Source: a virus. From it: 64,000 nt of DNA. How positions within the stretch are numbered: the first letter of the stretch is position 1; the number at the start of each line of letters is the position of its first letter. A program made the position numbers and the translations under genes. Location of the stretch: IMG/VR virus record IMGVR_UViG_3300008448_000049, positions 10,133 to 74,132 of that record. One strand, written 5' to 3'. The notes below the pieces were generated by a model. That model saw nothing but the letters and a program-made list of their open reading frames with translations, did not search any database and was not told the DNA's origin. Of this stretch, positions 48,282 through 56,478 are shown piece by piece.

Positions 48282-48830
48282 CTATGATTGTTTAATGATT
48301 TCATTTAACCACGGCTTTTGACTTACTGGTCTCTTTAACATAATTGCTGCTAAATCTCTAATAGTTAATTGATCTAATGGCAAGTCTGTATTAGCATCTA
48401 CTAATTCAAATTCCATTTGTTCAATTGGTTCTACTACAGGAGCTGATGTTTCATTCTCCGGAGCTTTAACATAAGTTAATTCCTCTGTTGGAACAAGATA
48501 TCTGATATGACCAGTAACCGGATGAGGTTCCGTCTTATCATATTCTTCTTCAAAGTGAGGATTAAAACGCCATTTGTATAAGCGTCTTTCAGGATCTTCA
48601 GGTACTAATTCTTTACTAGTGAATTCTACGTATACGTCTTCACCCTTGTTAATCTCACTTGCAAAAAATGCAATGTGCTGTTCTGTTTTTCCATATGGTC
48701 TATATGCCATCTTAGGAATAAACAAAGCGTCTGATACACCTATAGCATCAAGAGTTTTTTGATGATACTCTCTCAACTTTTTAAGTCTATCACGCTTGTC
48801 TTCTGGTTTGTCTGTTGTTGATATGCTCAT
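48282..48830 (-). CDS. Hypothetical protein
   Basis: 182-aa ORF coupled to dnaB. Confidence 0.75.
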   Translation of the reverse strand: MSISTTDKPEDKRDRLKKLREYHQKTLDAIGVSDALFIPKMAYRPYGKTEQHIAFFASEINKGEDVYVEFTSKELVPEDPERRLYKWRFNPHFEEEYDKTEPHPVTGHIRYLVPTEELTYVKAPENETSAPVVEPIEQMEFELVDANTDLPLDQLTIRDLAAIMLKRPVSQKPWLNEIIKQS

Positions 48831-49822
48831 GTCTTTAATCTTCTTTCTTGTGTTGGCGGCGTATCCATTTCCACAATCTGCATCTTACCAAATTCAGTTT
48901 TAAAGAAACTCATTCTTGTGTCTCCATTTCTGCACTTAAGAAAATGCATAACCATTATATCTTTTTCAGCTATGATGTACCTATCAGGTCCATAATATCT
49001 AATGTTTTGTTTACCGGGTTTGTTAATCCCAATAAGTAAATCAGCATGTTGTAGTAACGCGTCTGCTCCAAATAGATCTGATTCTAGTACGTAGTTTCCA
49101 TACTTACCATCTTCAGCTCTTTCAGGATTATCAATGTTCCTATTCAACTGGCTTAGTATGATAAAAGCAATTGGGTATTTTCTCTTTAAATAAGTAAGAG
49201 CTTCACCTAATGAGTTTAACATATCATGCTTATCTTTTTCATAAGCAGCTTTCTTCAGCAGAAGACTATGGTCTAGTGTAATAATGGTTTTAGTATACAC
49301 TTTCTTTTCATCTTCTCCTATTGTGGAATACTCTTCCATGTATGCGGCGATGATGTCTTTAAACTCACCAACCGTACAAGGTTCTTCTACAATGTCTATA
49401 GGGTATGTCACCCTAACTTTTGCATAATTGTAACATGCAACAAGCTCTTCATTTGTTAATTTACCATCCGCGCTACACAAGTGTTTGTAAGTCTTACCAA
49501 GTAGACTTGAGTACTCTCTGATAGCTGATGTTCTAGCTAGCATCTCGAGCTGAAACTCTAATACCCTAAACTTCTGACCGGTGTTTAGTTTAAAAGCTTC
49601 ACGTACAATCTGATCTTTAATCAAAGTCTTACCACTTGCAGGCCTTCCTCCAATTACAGTAGTGGAATGCCATTCTAGCCCGTCAGTACCAGCATCATTA
49701 AACTTGGGCCAAGGAGTTTGAATACTCTTTATCTCCCCTTTCATTCTTCCTTGCAAGTAATGCAAAGATTCCTGAAATCCGTGACGCTGGTCTTTCCAAG
49801 CTTTATTCTTTTTTAGATTCAT
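48827..49822 (-). CDS. dnaB: DnaB-like SF4 replicative helicase
   Basis: GGRPASGKT, F.LEM, LDH, LSQLNR, SDL...ALLQHAD and K.RNG motifs. Confidence 0.92.
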   Translation of the reverse strand: MNLKKNKAWKDQRHGFQESLHYLQGRMKGEIKSIQTPWPKFNDAGTDGLEWHSTTVIGGRPASGKTLIKDQIVREAFKLNTGQKFRVLEFQLEMLARTSAIREYSSLLGKTYKHLCSADGKLTNEELVACYNYAKVRVTYPIDIVEEPCTVGEFKDIIAAYMEEYSTIGEDEKKVYTKTIITLDHSLLLKKAAYEKDKHDMLNSLGEALTYLKRKYPIAFIILSQLNRNIDNPERAEDGKYGNYVLESDLFGADALLQHADLLIGINKPGKQNIRYYGPDRYIIAEKDIMVMHFLKCRNGDTRMSFFKTEFGKMQIVEMDTPPTQERRLKT

Positions 49823-49912
49823 TGGTATAATTAAGGGGATAGCTTTCCCTGGTTGTTTCCAACCTTCAAATTACTGTATTTGAATTGAGGGGGATGCTTG
49901 ACTTCCTTGTTA

Positions 49913-49944
49913 CAAATATAATATATCTGTAGTAAAAAAGCAAA
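49913..49944 (-). promoter_or_regulatory. Bacteroidota sigmaA-type promoter upstream of dnaB
   Basis: TTTG-N20-TATATTTG, a perfect match to the -33/-7 consensus. Confidence 0.8.
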
Positions 49945-49945
49945 C

Positions 49946-50569
49946 TCAAATAACCTTTTCTGAAAAATATTTCTGATCATTATCAGTAGATCCATTCTCC
50001 GCTTGAGCGCACCAATTAGCTAGTTCAGAAGCCCAGCTTTTATCAGGATTCTGTTTCCGGATAAAGTATTGGGATGTCTGCATATACTTGTAGTTGGCCC
50101 GTTCATACTCATCAACATACATTTTAGTAGCGTTGAGTATTATAGTCCAGTCATAAGAATAAGTTTGTATAAACCATCTCAGTGCCATCTCAATATTCTT
50201 CTTATCAGATCTTGCAAACTTACCGCTAGGCAATTTCATTTTAGGGAATATATCAAGAAATTCTAGCACTTTGCTGGCATAGTCCTGACCCATGATCTGG
50301 TTATTAGTTTTCTTCTTAGTTATACTGAATAAAGCTTCTAACTGATTAACAAATGTGATAGCTTCAACACTAAGCTTATAGTTTACTTTATGTTCATCTT
50401 CTGTTATCCAACCATCTGTAACCAAACTTCTCAATTCTTGATGGACATTAATAAACTTAGATGCTTCATTCTCTTTTAGACAACACAGTAAATAAAACTG
50501 ATTAGGGGAGAGTTCTTTTTCACGGATGAGATGAAACATCTCCATCATTTCTAAACTTTTTTTTACCAT
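49946..50569 (-). CDS. Hypothetical protein (possible wHTH replication initiator or helicase partner)
   Basis: 207-aa ORF immediately upstream of dnaB. N-terminal wHTH-like pattern. Confidence 0.5.
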   Translation of the reverse strand: MVKKSLEMMEMFHLIREKELSPNQFYLLCCLKENEASKFINVHQELRSLVTDGWITEDEHKVNYKLSVEAITFVNQLEALFSITKKKTNNQIMGQDYASKVLEFLDIFPKMKLPSGKFARSDKKNIEMALRWFIQTYSYDWTIILNATKMYVDEYERANYKYMQTSQYFIRKQNPDKSWASELANWCAQAENGSTDNDQKYFSEKVI

Positions 50570-51033
50570 ACTATGTCATAATTAAATTGTTTTTTAACTG
50601 TCTTTGATATGTTGTTGAACATGTCATTTGAATCCCACTTTTCAAGTTTGTTATGGATGGCTGATGCCGGATGACTAACCACAATCTTGTAGTTATTATC
50701 AGGGATTGACTCTGCCCATTCCTCCGCTTTCTTACCTAAGAATACATACACGGTACCTGGATTGTTATACATAAGTATATCAAACAAGAATGCTATGAAG
50801 GGTTGCCAGAGTTTATAGTGCTGACCTACCTTATTAATTGTTGTAGTAAGAGCTGTGTTAAGCATTAGTATACCTTGATTAGACCATCTCTTTAGATCTG
50901 GATCTCGCGTAAATCCATTAGTGTAATGAGTATCTTCCAGTTCATTATACATAAACTTCAAGGAAGCCTCAATTTTTTGAGCATTACTACATGAAAAGGC
51001 TATACCGTCTGCTACACCTATGTATGGGTACGG
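50563..51033 (-). CDS. ung: Uracil-DNA glycosylase, exon 2
   Basis: PYP...A.GIAFS, W..QGILMLN..LT and SHPAS motifs. Joins exon 1 to form GQD|PYP, giving 238 aa. Confidence 0.93.
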   Translation of the reverse strand, partial: PYPYIGVADGIAFSCSNAQKIEASLKFMYNELEDTHYTNGFTRDPDLKRWSNQGILMLNTALTTTINKVGQHYKLWQPFIAFLFDILMYNNPGTVYVFLGKKAEEWAESIPDNNYKIVVSHPASAIHNKLEKWDSNDMFNNISKTVKKQFNYDIVW

Positions 51034-51836
51034 CTGTACCACATTTGTCTCATGTTTCCATGAGGATCGGACTATATCATCACTTATTTTTATTATAAGT
51101 GGAGGATGCTATGGGCTCACCGTAGTGTCCCTAGTCTCTGAACCTGCTTGAGTCTTCCCTCAAGATCGGCTGCTGATTGGCTTATCTTCACAGACTTAGC
51201 TTTCCAGCAATTCTTCCTCTTTATTCAGGACCCGTTTAAGATTATTAATAAGTAATTCTAGCTCTTCTAAAGTAAGATTGTTTTTAGCACAATTTGCTTT
51301 ATGAGATATAACTTGTACATTACCTTTAATATACCCTTTTTCACAAATAATTCGGTCTATAGTAGGACTATTTGGTCCTACTTTATCTTTTGTTACATGA
51401 AGAGGTATATTTAATAAAGGGCACATTTTAGGTACAATTACATCATCATATGTAATATTAAAATCCAAGTTTGCTTTTTTAGCTCTACGGCGAGCATGAA
51501 TTAACATAACTTTTCTAGGATCTTTTTTATGTTGTTTTCTTCTAGCTTCAGGACTACAGTATTCAGCTGTATTCACTGTAGCAAGAGAACATTTTTTACA
51601 GTCACTTCTGTAGTAAAGAGTTGGAACTTTTTTACCTGAATCTTTTGTTGTAGGACTAGGCATTCTTACTCTTGAACTAAATAGTGATATATCTAACCAA
51701 CATTTACATTTTTTACATAATCTGGTGTTATTATCAGAGTTGTAATTTTTTAAAGGAGCTATTCTTTCATGTACCATATACGATGTATTTATTGTCTAAG
51801 GTACTACTTATTTATTAATAATCCAAATACTTGTTA
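51034..51836 (-). mobile_element. Group I intron (803 nt) in ung
   Basis: Exon ends in GAU and the intron ends in G. IGS GUCCUGA (51231-51225) pairs with UCAGGAU. P10 ACGG/CCGU. Core elements: P AAUUGCUGGAAA, Q AAUCAGCAGCC, R GUUCAGAGACUA, S AUGAUAUAGUCC. Confidence 0.95.
51196..51777 (-). CDS. Intron-encoded HNH-family homing endonuclease
   Basis: CxxC...CKKC N-terminal Zn finger. CPLL...PTIDRI...GY..GNV.VIS..AN..K motif. Confidence 0.85.
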   Translation of the reverse strand: MVHERIAPLKNYNSDNNTRLCKKCKCWLDISLFSSRVRMPSPTTKDSGKKVPTLYYRSDCKKCSLATVNTAEYCSPEARRKQHKKDPRKVMLIHARRRAKKANLDFNITYDDVIVPKMCPLLNIPLHVTKDKVGPNSPTIDRIICEKGYIKGNVQVISHKANCAKNNLTLEELELLINNLKRVLNKEEELLES

Positions 51837-52082
51837 ATCCTGACCAATCATCACAACCTTCAATTGATCATAAGGACATTCTTCAAAAGCCCTGAATACT
51901 TGCTTTAAAGGTGGTGTGAATCTGTTGTTCTGTTGGGCTTCTTTGAGTAGTTGTTTTAGGATCTTATCAAAGTCTTCACTCATGATAAATGTTTTAAGTT
52001 TATCTCCCCATCCTGAAGGTTTAAGTTTCTCATAAAGTTTTAACTTTACATCATCTAAATTTATAGTGTTTAAGACTGTCAT
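51837..52082 (-). CDS. ung: Uracil-DNA glycosylase, exon 1
   Basis: P....VFRAF and LKVVMIGQD, ending at the catalytic Asp. Confidence 0.93.
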
Positions 52083-52110
52083 AAATTTTTAAAGTTTAAA
52101 TTTTTAATTG

Positions 52111-52118
52111 TATATTTG
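52111..52118 (+). promoter_or_regulatory. Bacteroidota -7 promoter element for the + strand orphan gene
   Basis: TATATTTG 4 nt before the ATG at 52123. Confidence 0.55.
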
Positions 52119-52122
52119 AGTC

Positions 52123-52452
52123 ATGGAAAATAATCAACAACCTTCTGACAAAAATACAAGTGTGGTTTATATACCACAAGATGCCATCATCAATGTGGAA
52201 ATCTCCGGTAATTTTCTGGGTAAATGTCAATCTTTATTAGTAGGTGCTTGTACTAGTATTGGTAATGACAAAGTAAAAGAGGCCTATGAAAAGTTTAAAG
52301 ATGACAAAGAACCAGAAAATTTAGAAGAACATGTGATATTTATCATGACTTCTCTTGTACATGCTATTGAAACAGCAGCAAAAGAACAGTCAAAGACTGA
52401 AATAAAAGTCTTTACTGAAGATGAGATTAATCAGTTAAAAAAGAACAGCTAA
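52123..52452 (+). CDS. Hypothetical protein (sole + strand gene in the - strand block)
   Basis: Fills an otherwise empty gap and has its own promoter element. Confidence 0.75.
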   Translation: MENNQQPSDKNTSVVYIPQDAIINVEISGNFLGKCQSLLVGACTSIGNDKVKEAYEKFKDDKEPENLEEHVIFIMTSLVHAIETAAKEQSKTEIKVFTEDEINQLKKNS

Positions 52453-52853
52453 CGGAAGTTAATCCCTACAGTATCACCTACTTGTATAATTGACTCAATT
52501 ACCATCCCTAAATCTTCTTTGGAAGCATCTGCTAGAGATTTGCAGAATAGAACTTTTTCTCCTGCATGATCTGTTATAAAACACATACCAGACATCTTTA
52601 ATACTTCAAGTTTCATATCTTCAAACGTGTATCCAAGTTCTTTTGCAAGAACTCTGATATTAACGTGCACCTTTGCCAATTGTGCAAGAGTTCCGTCATC
52701 TTTATTAGCTTCTAAAAAGATATCTATGGTTTGACCCACTTCAATATGCTTGACAAACTCTTCATACTTTGTTTTACTTGTAGCCACAGGCACTAGCTTG
52801 TTTTCTGCAGTTTTTGTAAACTTGCCATGAAATATGTTATGCTTTTGTGCCAT
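52449..52853 (-). CDS. Hypothetical protein, possibly NinB/YbcN-like
   Basis: TLAQLAKVH..IR.LA.ELGYTFEDMK and KSLA..SKE pattern. Confidence 0.45.
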   Translation of the reverse strand: MAQKHNIFHGKFTKTAENKLVPVATSKTKYEEFVKHIEVGQTIDIFLEANKDDGTLAQLAKVHVNIRVLAKELGYTFEDMKLEVLKMSGMCFITDHAGEKVLFCKSLADASKEDLGMVIESIIQVGDTVGINFR

Positions 52854-52977
52854 TCTTTCCGTATGCTTTTTTCCAAACAGCTTTAGCTTCTTTTAACTCA
52901 ACTCTTTCTTGAGGAGTCTTTTTAAACTTTTCAGATTTAAGTCTGTTAATCTCTTTTTTTTGTTCTTCAGTTGTCAT
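52837..52977 (-). CDS. Small basic 46-aa protein missed by the ORF track (MTTEEQKKEINRLK...)
   Basis: Fills the gap. The ATG follows the clpS stop by 1 nt. Confidence 0.55.
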   Translation of the reverse strand: MTTEEQKKEINRLKSEKFKKTPQERVELKEAKAVWKKAYGKNGTKA

Positions 52978-52978
52978 G

Positions 52979-53257
52979 TTATTCTATTTTTGCGGTTAAA
53001 TTATTTTCACACAGCGCCTCCTTGATGGGCTTGAGTGTTTTCATATCTCCTTCTTTTACGGAGCACTTACCATTGTTGTGTATAATCAGAGCACATTGTT
53101 CAGCTTGAGACGGTTGATGACTGCAGTATTTTGTAAAGCAGTATATAACATGTTCAAACGTGTTGTGATCATCATTGTATACAACAATGCTTTTTGATTT
53201 TGCTACTTGTTCTTCAACAAGCACGTCTTCTTCATCTATAAACGGATCAAATGTCAT
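52979..53257 (-). CDS. clpS: ATP-dependent Clp protease adaptor ClpS
   Basis: IVVYNDDHNTFEHVI...AEQCALIIH..GKC.VK.G, the Bacteroidota-type ClpS signature. Confidence 0.9.
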   Translation of the reverse strand: MTFDPFIDEEDVLVEEQVAKSKSIVVYNDDHNTFEHVIYCFTKYCSHQPSQAEQCALIIHNNGKCSVKEGDMKTLKPIKEALCENNLTAKIE

Positions 53258-53510
53258 CTGATTTATTTAAAATGTTAAGCATCTTGTTTCTTTCAGCTAT
53301 AGCTTCTAGCTTAGGCTTGTCTAGTTCTATAATAGATTCACCTCCGATTTCTAAATCAGATTCAATCTCATCATATAACTTAATAACCTCATCTAACTTT
53401 CTTGCTAAGCCTTTTGTTACGTCTTGTTCTCTAAGAATAGACTGTATGTATTTTACGGCTTCCTTAGTCTTCACTAGGTCCTTTAGGTTGATCTCCATTG
53501 TCTGTTTCAA
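53247..53510 (-). CDS. Hypothetical protein
   Basis: ORF in a tightly packed operon. Start uncertain. Confidence 0.6.
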   Translation of the reverse strand: MKQTMEINLKDLVKTKEAVKYIQSILREQDVTKGLARKLDEVIKLYDEIESDLEIGGESIIELDKPKLEAIAERNKMLNILNKSDDI

Positions 53511-53709
53511 ATAATTTGTTAAACATTGTGTGATTCCAGCATAGTTTTATCTGGCTGCTGTTATAGTGCTTTATCTCCCGTGTCTTCTCATTGCCGACAA
53601 CCCAGATTGTATTCTCATGTGGACCATAGTCCATTAAGAATAATACTACACCATCTCCGTGAGGTGTCTCCACCCATAGCACTTGTTGTAATTCATGTAT
53701 TACCGTCAT
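53464..53709 (-). CDS. Hypothetical phage protein
   Basis: VETPHGDG...DYG..ENTIWVV, a small beta-rich domain. Confidence 0.65.
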   Translation of the reverse strand: MTVIHELQQVLWVETPHGDGVVLFLMDYGPHENTIWVVGNEKTREIKHYNSSQIKLCWNHTMFNKLFETDNGDQPKGPSED

Positions 53710-53987
53710 TCTAATGCTTTGGCTTTAAAGTTATTAATATATTCTTTCATCTCCTCAAGATACTTATAGGTAGAGGTATCTTCAATCTCTCCAGTCACCA
53801 GCCCGCTACCAACAAGTTTCTTGTGTATTTCTTTATACTGTTTTACCATAAGCTTAACAGTAATCAGAGCATTCTTCTTAGCATTGTTCATATCATAAGC
53901 CGCGTAAGACTTATAATTCTCAATGTAATGCTGCCTCATTATATCATGAGCTTGTTCTGTAGCTGTTAATACTTTTGTTAATGCCAT
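53706..53987 (-). CDS. Hypothetical protein
   Basis: Translationally coupled ORF. Confidence 0.65.
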   Translation of the reverse strand: MALTKVLTATEQAHDIMRQHYIENYKSYAAYDMNNAKKNALITVKLMVKQYKEIHKKLVGSGLVTGEIEDTSTYKYLEEMKEYINNFKAKALE

Positions 53988-54202
53988 TATAATCCAGCTT
54001 TTTGTTTAAAGTGATTAAATACTCCAGGTATATGCTTCTTGTAATAAGGTTGGTTGTCCATGCACCAGCTCTTAAGTTCATCTTTAGACTTAAAAGGTTT
54101 TTGCCAAGAGTTTCCTCCCATTATCATATTGAACATAGGCTCTAGGTCATCAATAAATGATTGTACTGTCCAACCTTCCCATATGTGTTTGTTGTTCTCC
54201 AT
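53987..54202 (-). CDS. Hypothetical protein
   Basis: Translationally coupled ORF (MENNKHIWEGW...). Confidence 0.65.
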   Translation of the reverse strand: MENNKHIWEGWTVQSFIDDLEPMFNMIMGGNSWQKPFKSKDELKSWCMDNQPYYKKHIPGVFNHFKQKAGL

Positions 54203-54438
54203 TACCACTTACCGCTGTTAGTGATACAATAATTACTACCTACATGAGCATCCATCCAATCTGATGGAGCTAGAGTAAAGGTTTTGTTGTTACCACTACA
54301 TTCATTCTTGATTACTACTGAGTAATCTTGTACATTATCACTCTGTACTATACCACAATTACATGGGCCTTCTTCTTCTTTCTTCTTGCAGGAACTAATT
54401 AAAGCTACAACTGCTATTGCTAATACTATTTTCTTCAT
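54202..54438 (-). CDS. Small Cys-rich lipoprotein
   Basis: MKKIVLAIAVVALISSC lipobox followed by CKKKEEE. Four further Cys. Confidence 0.75.
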   Translation of the reverse strand: MKKIVLAIAVVALISSCKKKEEEGPCNCGIVQSDNVQDYSVVIKNECSGNNKTFTLAPSDWMDAHVGSNYCITNSGKW

Positions 54439-54455
54439 GTTAGTTTTTTGTGTTA

Positions 54456-54668
54456 TTATTCTGGTTCTCTACCATTAAGTTTTGCCAAGACTATTCTTGC
54501 TATACCATCAAATGATTCTGCTCTACTGTGAGTAGCTATCCATGTTTCATACATGGCAATGCTAAGCTCTTTTCTGCTGTAACTTCTTTCACATTCATGA
54601 CAAGCTTTTCTTTCTGGATGCATGTCTCTCCTACATGTAGGACAAGGTATTAATTTTGATTTTTCCAT
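54456..54668 (-). CDS. Small Zn-finger protein
   Basis: CPTC...CHEC. Confidence 0.6.
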   Translation of the reverse strand: MEKSKLIPCPTCRRDMHPERKACHECERSYSRKELSIAMYETWIATHSRAESFDGIARIVLAKLNGREPE

Positions 54669-54673
54669 CTTAT

Positions 54674-54961
54674 TTAGTTTTTATAGTTAATAATGTTTTC
54701 TGCATCTTCTAATGACAAACCATGACCTATACAATCCATAGGATTAAGCATTTCTTTTGTCTTATAATCTAGAAGTTCTTCTAAATAAGTAGGTAACTCA
54801 TTTGGTAAATTCTCACAATTCCAAAACCACCATTGATCTCCCATACTTTGTGGTGTTGAATGTTGGTAGGTAATCCCTAACTCTTTCATTACTATTTGTG
54901 GATGCCTATTTTCTTTACAGTTAATTCCTGCTTCCATCATACAATATCTTAAATGTTTCAT
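54674..54961 (-). CDS. Hypothetical protein
   Basis: ORF in the small-gene array. Confidence 0.65.
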   Translation of the reverse strand: MKHLRYCMMEAGINCKENRHPQIVMKELGITYQHSTPQSMGDQWWFWNCENLPNELPTYLEELLDYKTKEMLNPMDCIGHGLSLEDAENIINYKN

Positions 54962-54962
54962 C

Positions 54963-55379
54963 TTATTTGTTTTTACAGATTTCTATTAGTTTATCTAGAC
55001 AAGAACTTTCTGCTTCTTCGTAGGTATGAGGAATGTTTTCATCCAAGTCATCACAGTCCCATCTCTTTCCATTATATACACCATGTTTTGTTGTTGATGA
55101 AGTTTCCCAAATTGTTATTAGCCAACTATCTTTTTGTACAGAGTTTAGTTCATGTAAAAGATTATGTTTCTCTCTAAAAAATTTAAAGGCTTGTTGGTAA
55201 AGAGGAGCTGAAACCCATTCTTTCATTAAATCTGAATTAGATGGATAAATTGTTCCTTTTTGTGAATAAGATGCAGGAATCCATTCCTTAGTTTCTATAT
55301 AATACCCAAAACAGGATTCATCAAAACCTAACTCTTTAAGAGCTACTGCTTGGGTATAGTTAATAAACTCATTTTCCAT
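54963..55379 (-). CDS. Hypothetical phage protein
   Basis: A..LKELGFDE.C...APLYQQAF.FFREK...TYEEAE pattern. Confidence 0.7.
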   Translation of the reverse strand: MENEFINYTQAVALKELGFDESCFGYYIETKEWIPASYSQKGTIYPSNSDLMKEWVSAPLYQQAFKFFREKHNLLHELNSVQKDSWLITIWETSSTTKHGVYNGKRWDCDDLDENIPHTYEEAESSCLDKLIEICKNK

Positions 55380-55380
55380 A

Positions 55381-55854
55381 TTAGTTTTGTTTTTTAGTTG
55401 GTGGATTATAATTTTCTGCTAACCAACACTCAATCATAAGGGGTGGTGCTCCTATAGGTACTTTTTGAGCATCTCTATAAAACTCTCTGATTATTTCTTC
55501 CCAAACTTGTTCTCTTAATTGGTCAGCTCTAGTCTGATAATGAGGCCATTCATCTACAAGCTTGGCATAGTAATTTACATGACCTAGATTATCTGTTTTA
55601 TACCCATCATTACAGCAAGCTACAAAATGAGTTATATTAGGATCTCTATGACATGCACAGTTACATCTTTGCCTATTGTCAAAAATCTCAAAGTCTACTT
55701 CTTTACCTTCATTTTTGCTGTCAGTATCTTGTATAAATAATCCAGCAGCATCATCTGGAAGTAGTGGTAGTGATTGTAATAATGGTCCGTTTAGTGTTGC
55801 TTGTATGTTTATAACTTCCCAACCATTTTCTGTTTTATGCAGTGTTCCTTTCAT
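55381..55854 (-). CDS. Hypothetical protein
   Basis: ORF containing a CNCACH...CC cluster. Confidence 0.65.
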   Translation of the reverse strand: MKGTLHKTENGWEVINIQATLNGPLLQSLPLLPDDAAGLFIQDTDSKNEGKEVDFEIFDNRQRCNCACHRDPNITHFVACCNDGYKTDNLGHVNYYAKLVDEWPHYQTRADQLREQVWEEIIREFYRDAQKVPIGAPPLMIECWLAENYNPPTKKQN

Positions 55855-56193
55855 ATTAGTCTTGTTTGTTTAGTTTATAATAAAAACTATCCTTTGGAAT
55901 CTCTTGTTTTGATTTTTCTCCACATATAGGACAAAAGAAAATAGGAATACTTTTATAATCTTCCTCAAGCCTATCTTTTGTACATTCATTAAAATTATTA
56001 GTTACTTTAACTCTAAACCTAACAAATGTTTGAAATATAATCCATGATGTAACTACAGATTTAATAACTCTTGTTCCAAATTGTTCTATGTCATAGTTAT
56101 GGTTATCTTCATCAGCTTTTATAATTGATTTTAAACAATTACAATTCATATGTGAATATACTCTATCACTCATATTAGTCTTGTTTGTTTAGT
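55851..56193. repeat. 24-bp direct repeat flanking ORF 55856..56173
   Basis: TCATATTAGTCTTGTTTGTTTAGT at 55851-55874 and 56170-56193. Confidence 0.9.
55856..56173 (-). CDS. Hypothetical protein with CNC...FCPICG motif
   Basis: ORF bounded by direct repeats. Confidence 0.65.
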   Translation of the reverse strand: MSDRVYSHMNCNCLKSIIKADEDNHNYDIEQFGTRVIKSVVTSWIIFQTFVRFRVKVTNNFNECTKDRLEEDYKSIPIFFCPICGEKSKQEIPKDSFYYKLNKQD

Positions 56194-56474
56194 GAGTTGA
56201 TAACCTCATTGTTTAGTTTATTTTTAACCCATTTATCTATTTGAGTAGTAAATGTGCCGTCATCTTTAGATTTATTCGTAATACCAAAATGAATAGCACA
56301 ATCTTGAAGCATTATTACAACTTCTCGTTCTGTATATTTCTTATCAGCCATATCATTTTGGCATTGGGTGTAGCCTTGCTTATAAGCAAAATGTTCAAAT
56401 CCTTCATTTGTTGGATATTCTTCTATTGGAAAATTTTTTTCAGCTAACTGCTCTATTTCTTGTTTAGTTTTCAT
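56175..56474 (-). CDS. Hypothetical protein
   Basis: ORF ending LNKQD, like its downstream neighbour. Confidence 0.65.
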   Translation of the reverse strand: MKTKQEIEQLAEKNFPIEEYPTNEGFEHFAYKQGYTQCQNDMADKKYTEREVVIMLQDCAIHFGITNKSKDDGTFTTQIDKWVKNKLNNEVINSLNKQD

Positions 56475-56478
56475 GTTA

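Noticed and set aside
35136-49822. Inteins in PolB, primase or DnaB
   Set aside because: Lengths and motif spacing are compact, with no C...HN splice motifs at plausible positions.
50563-52082. UNG halves as separate genes, with a GTG start at 51042
   Set aside because: That start lies inside the intron, and splicing restores GQDPYP.
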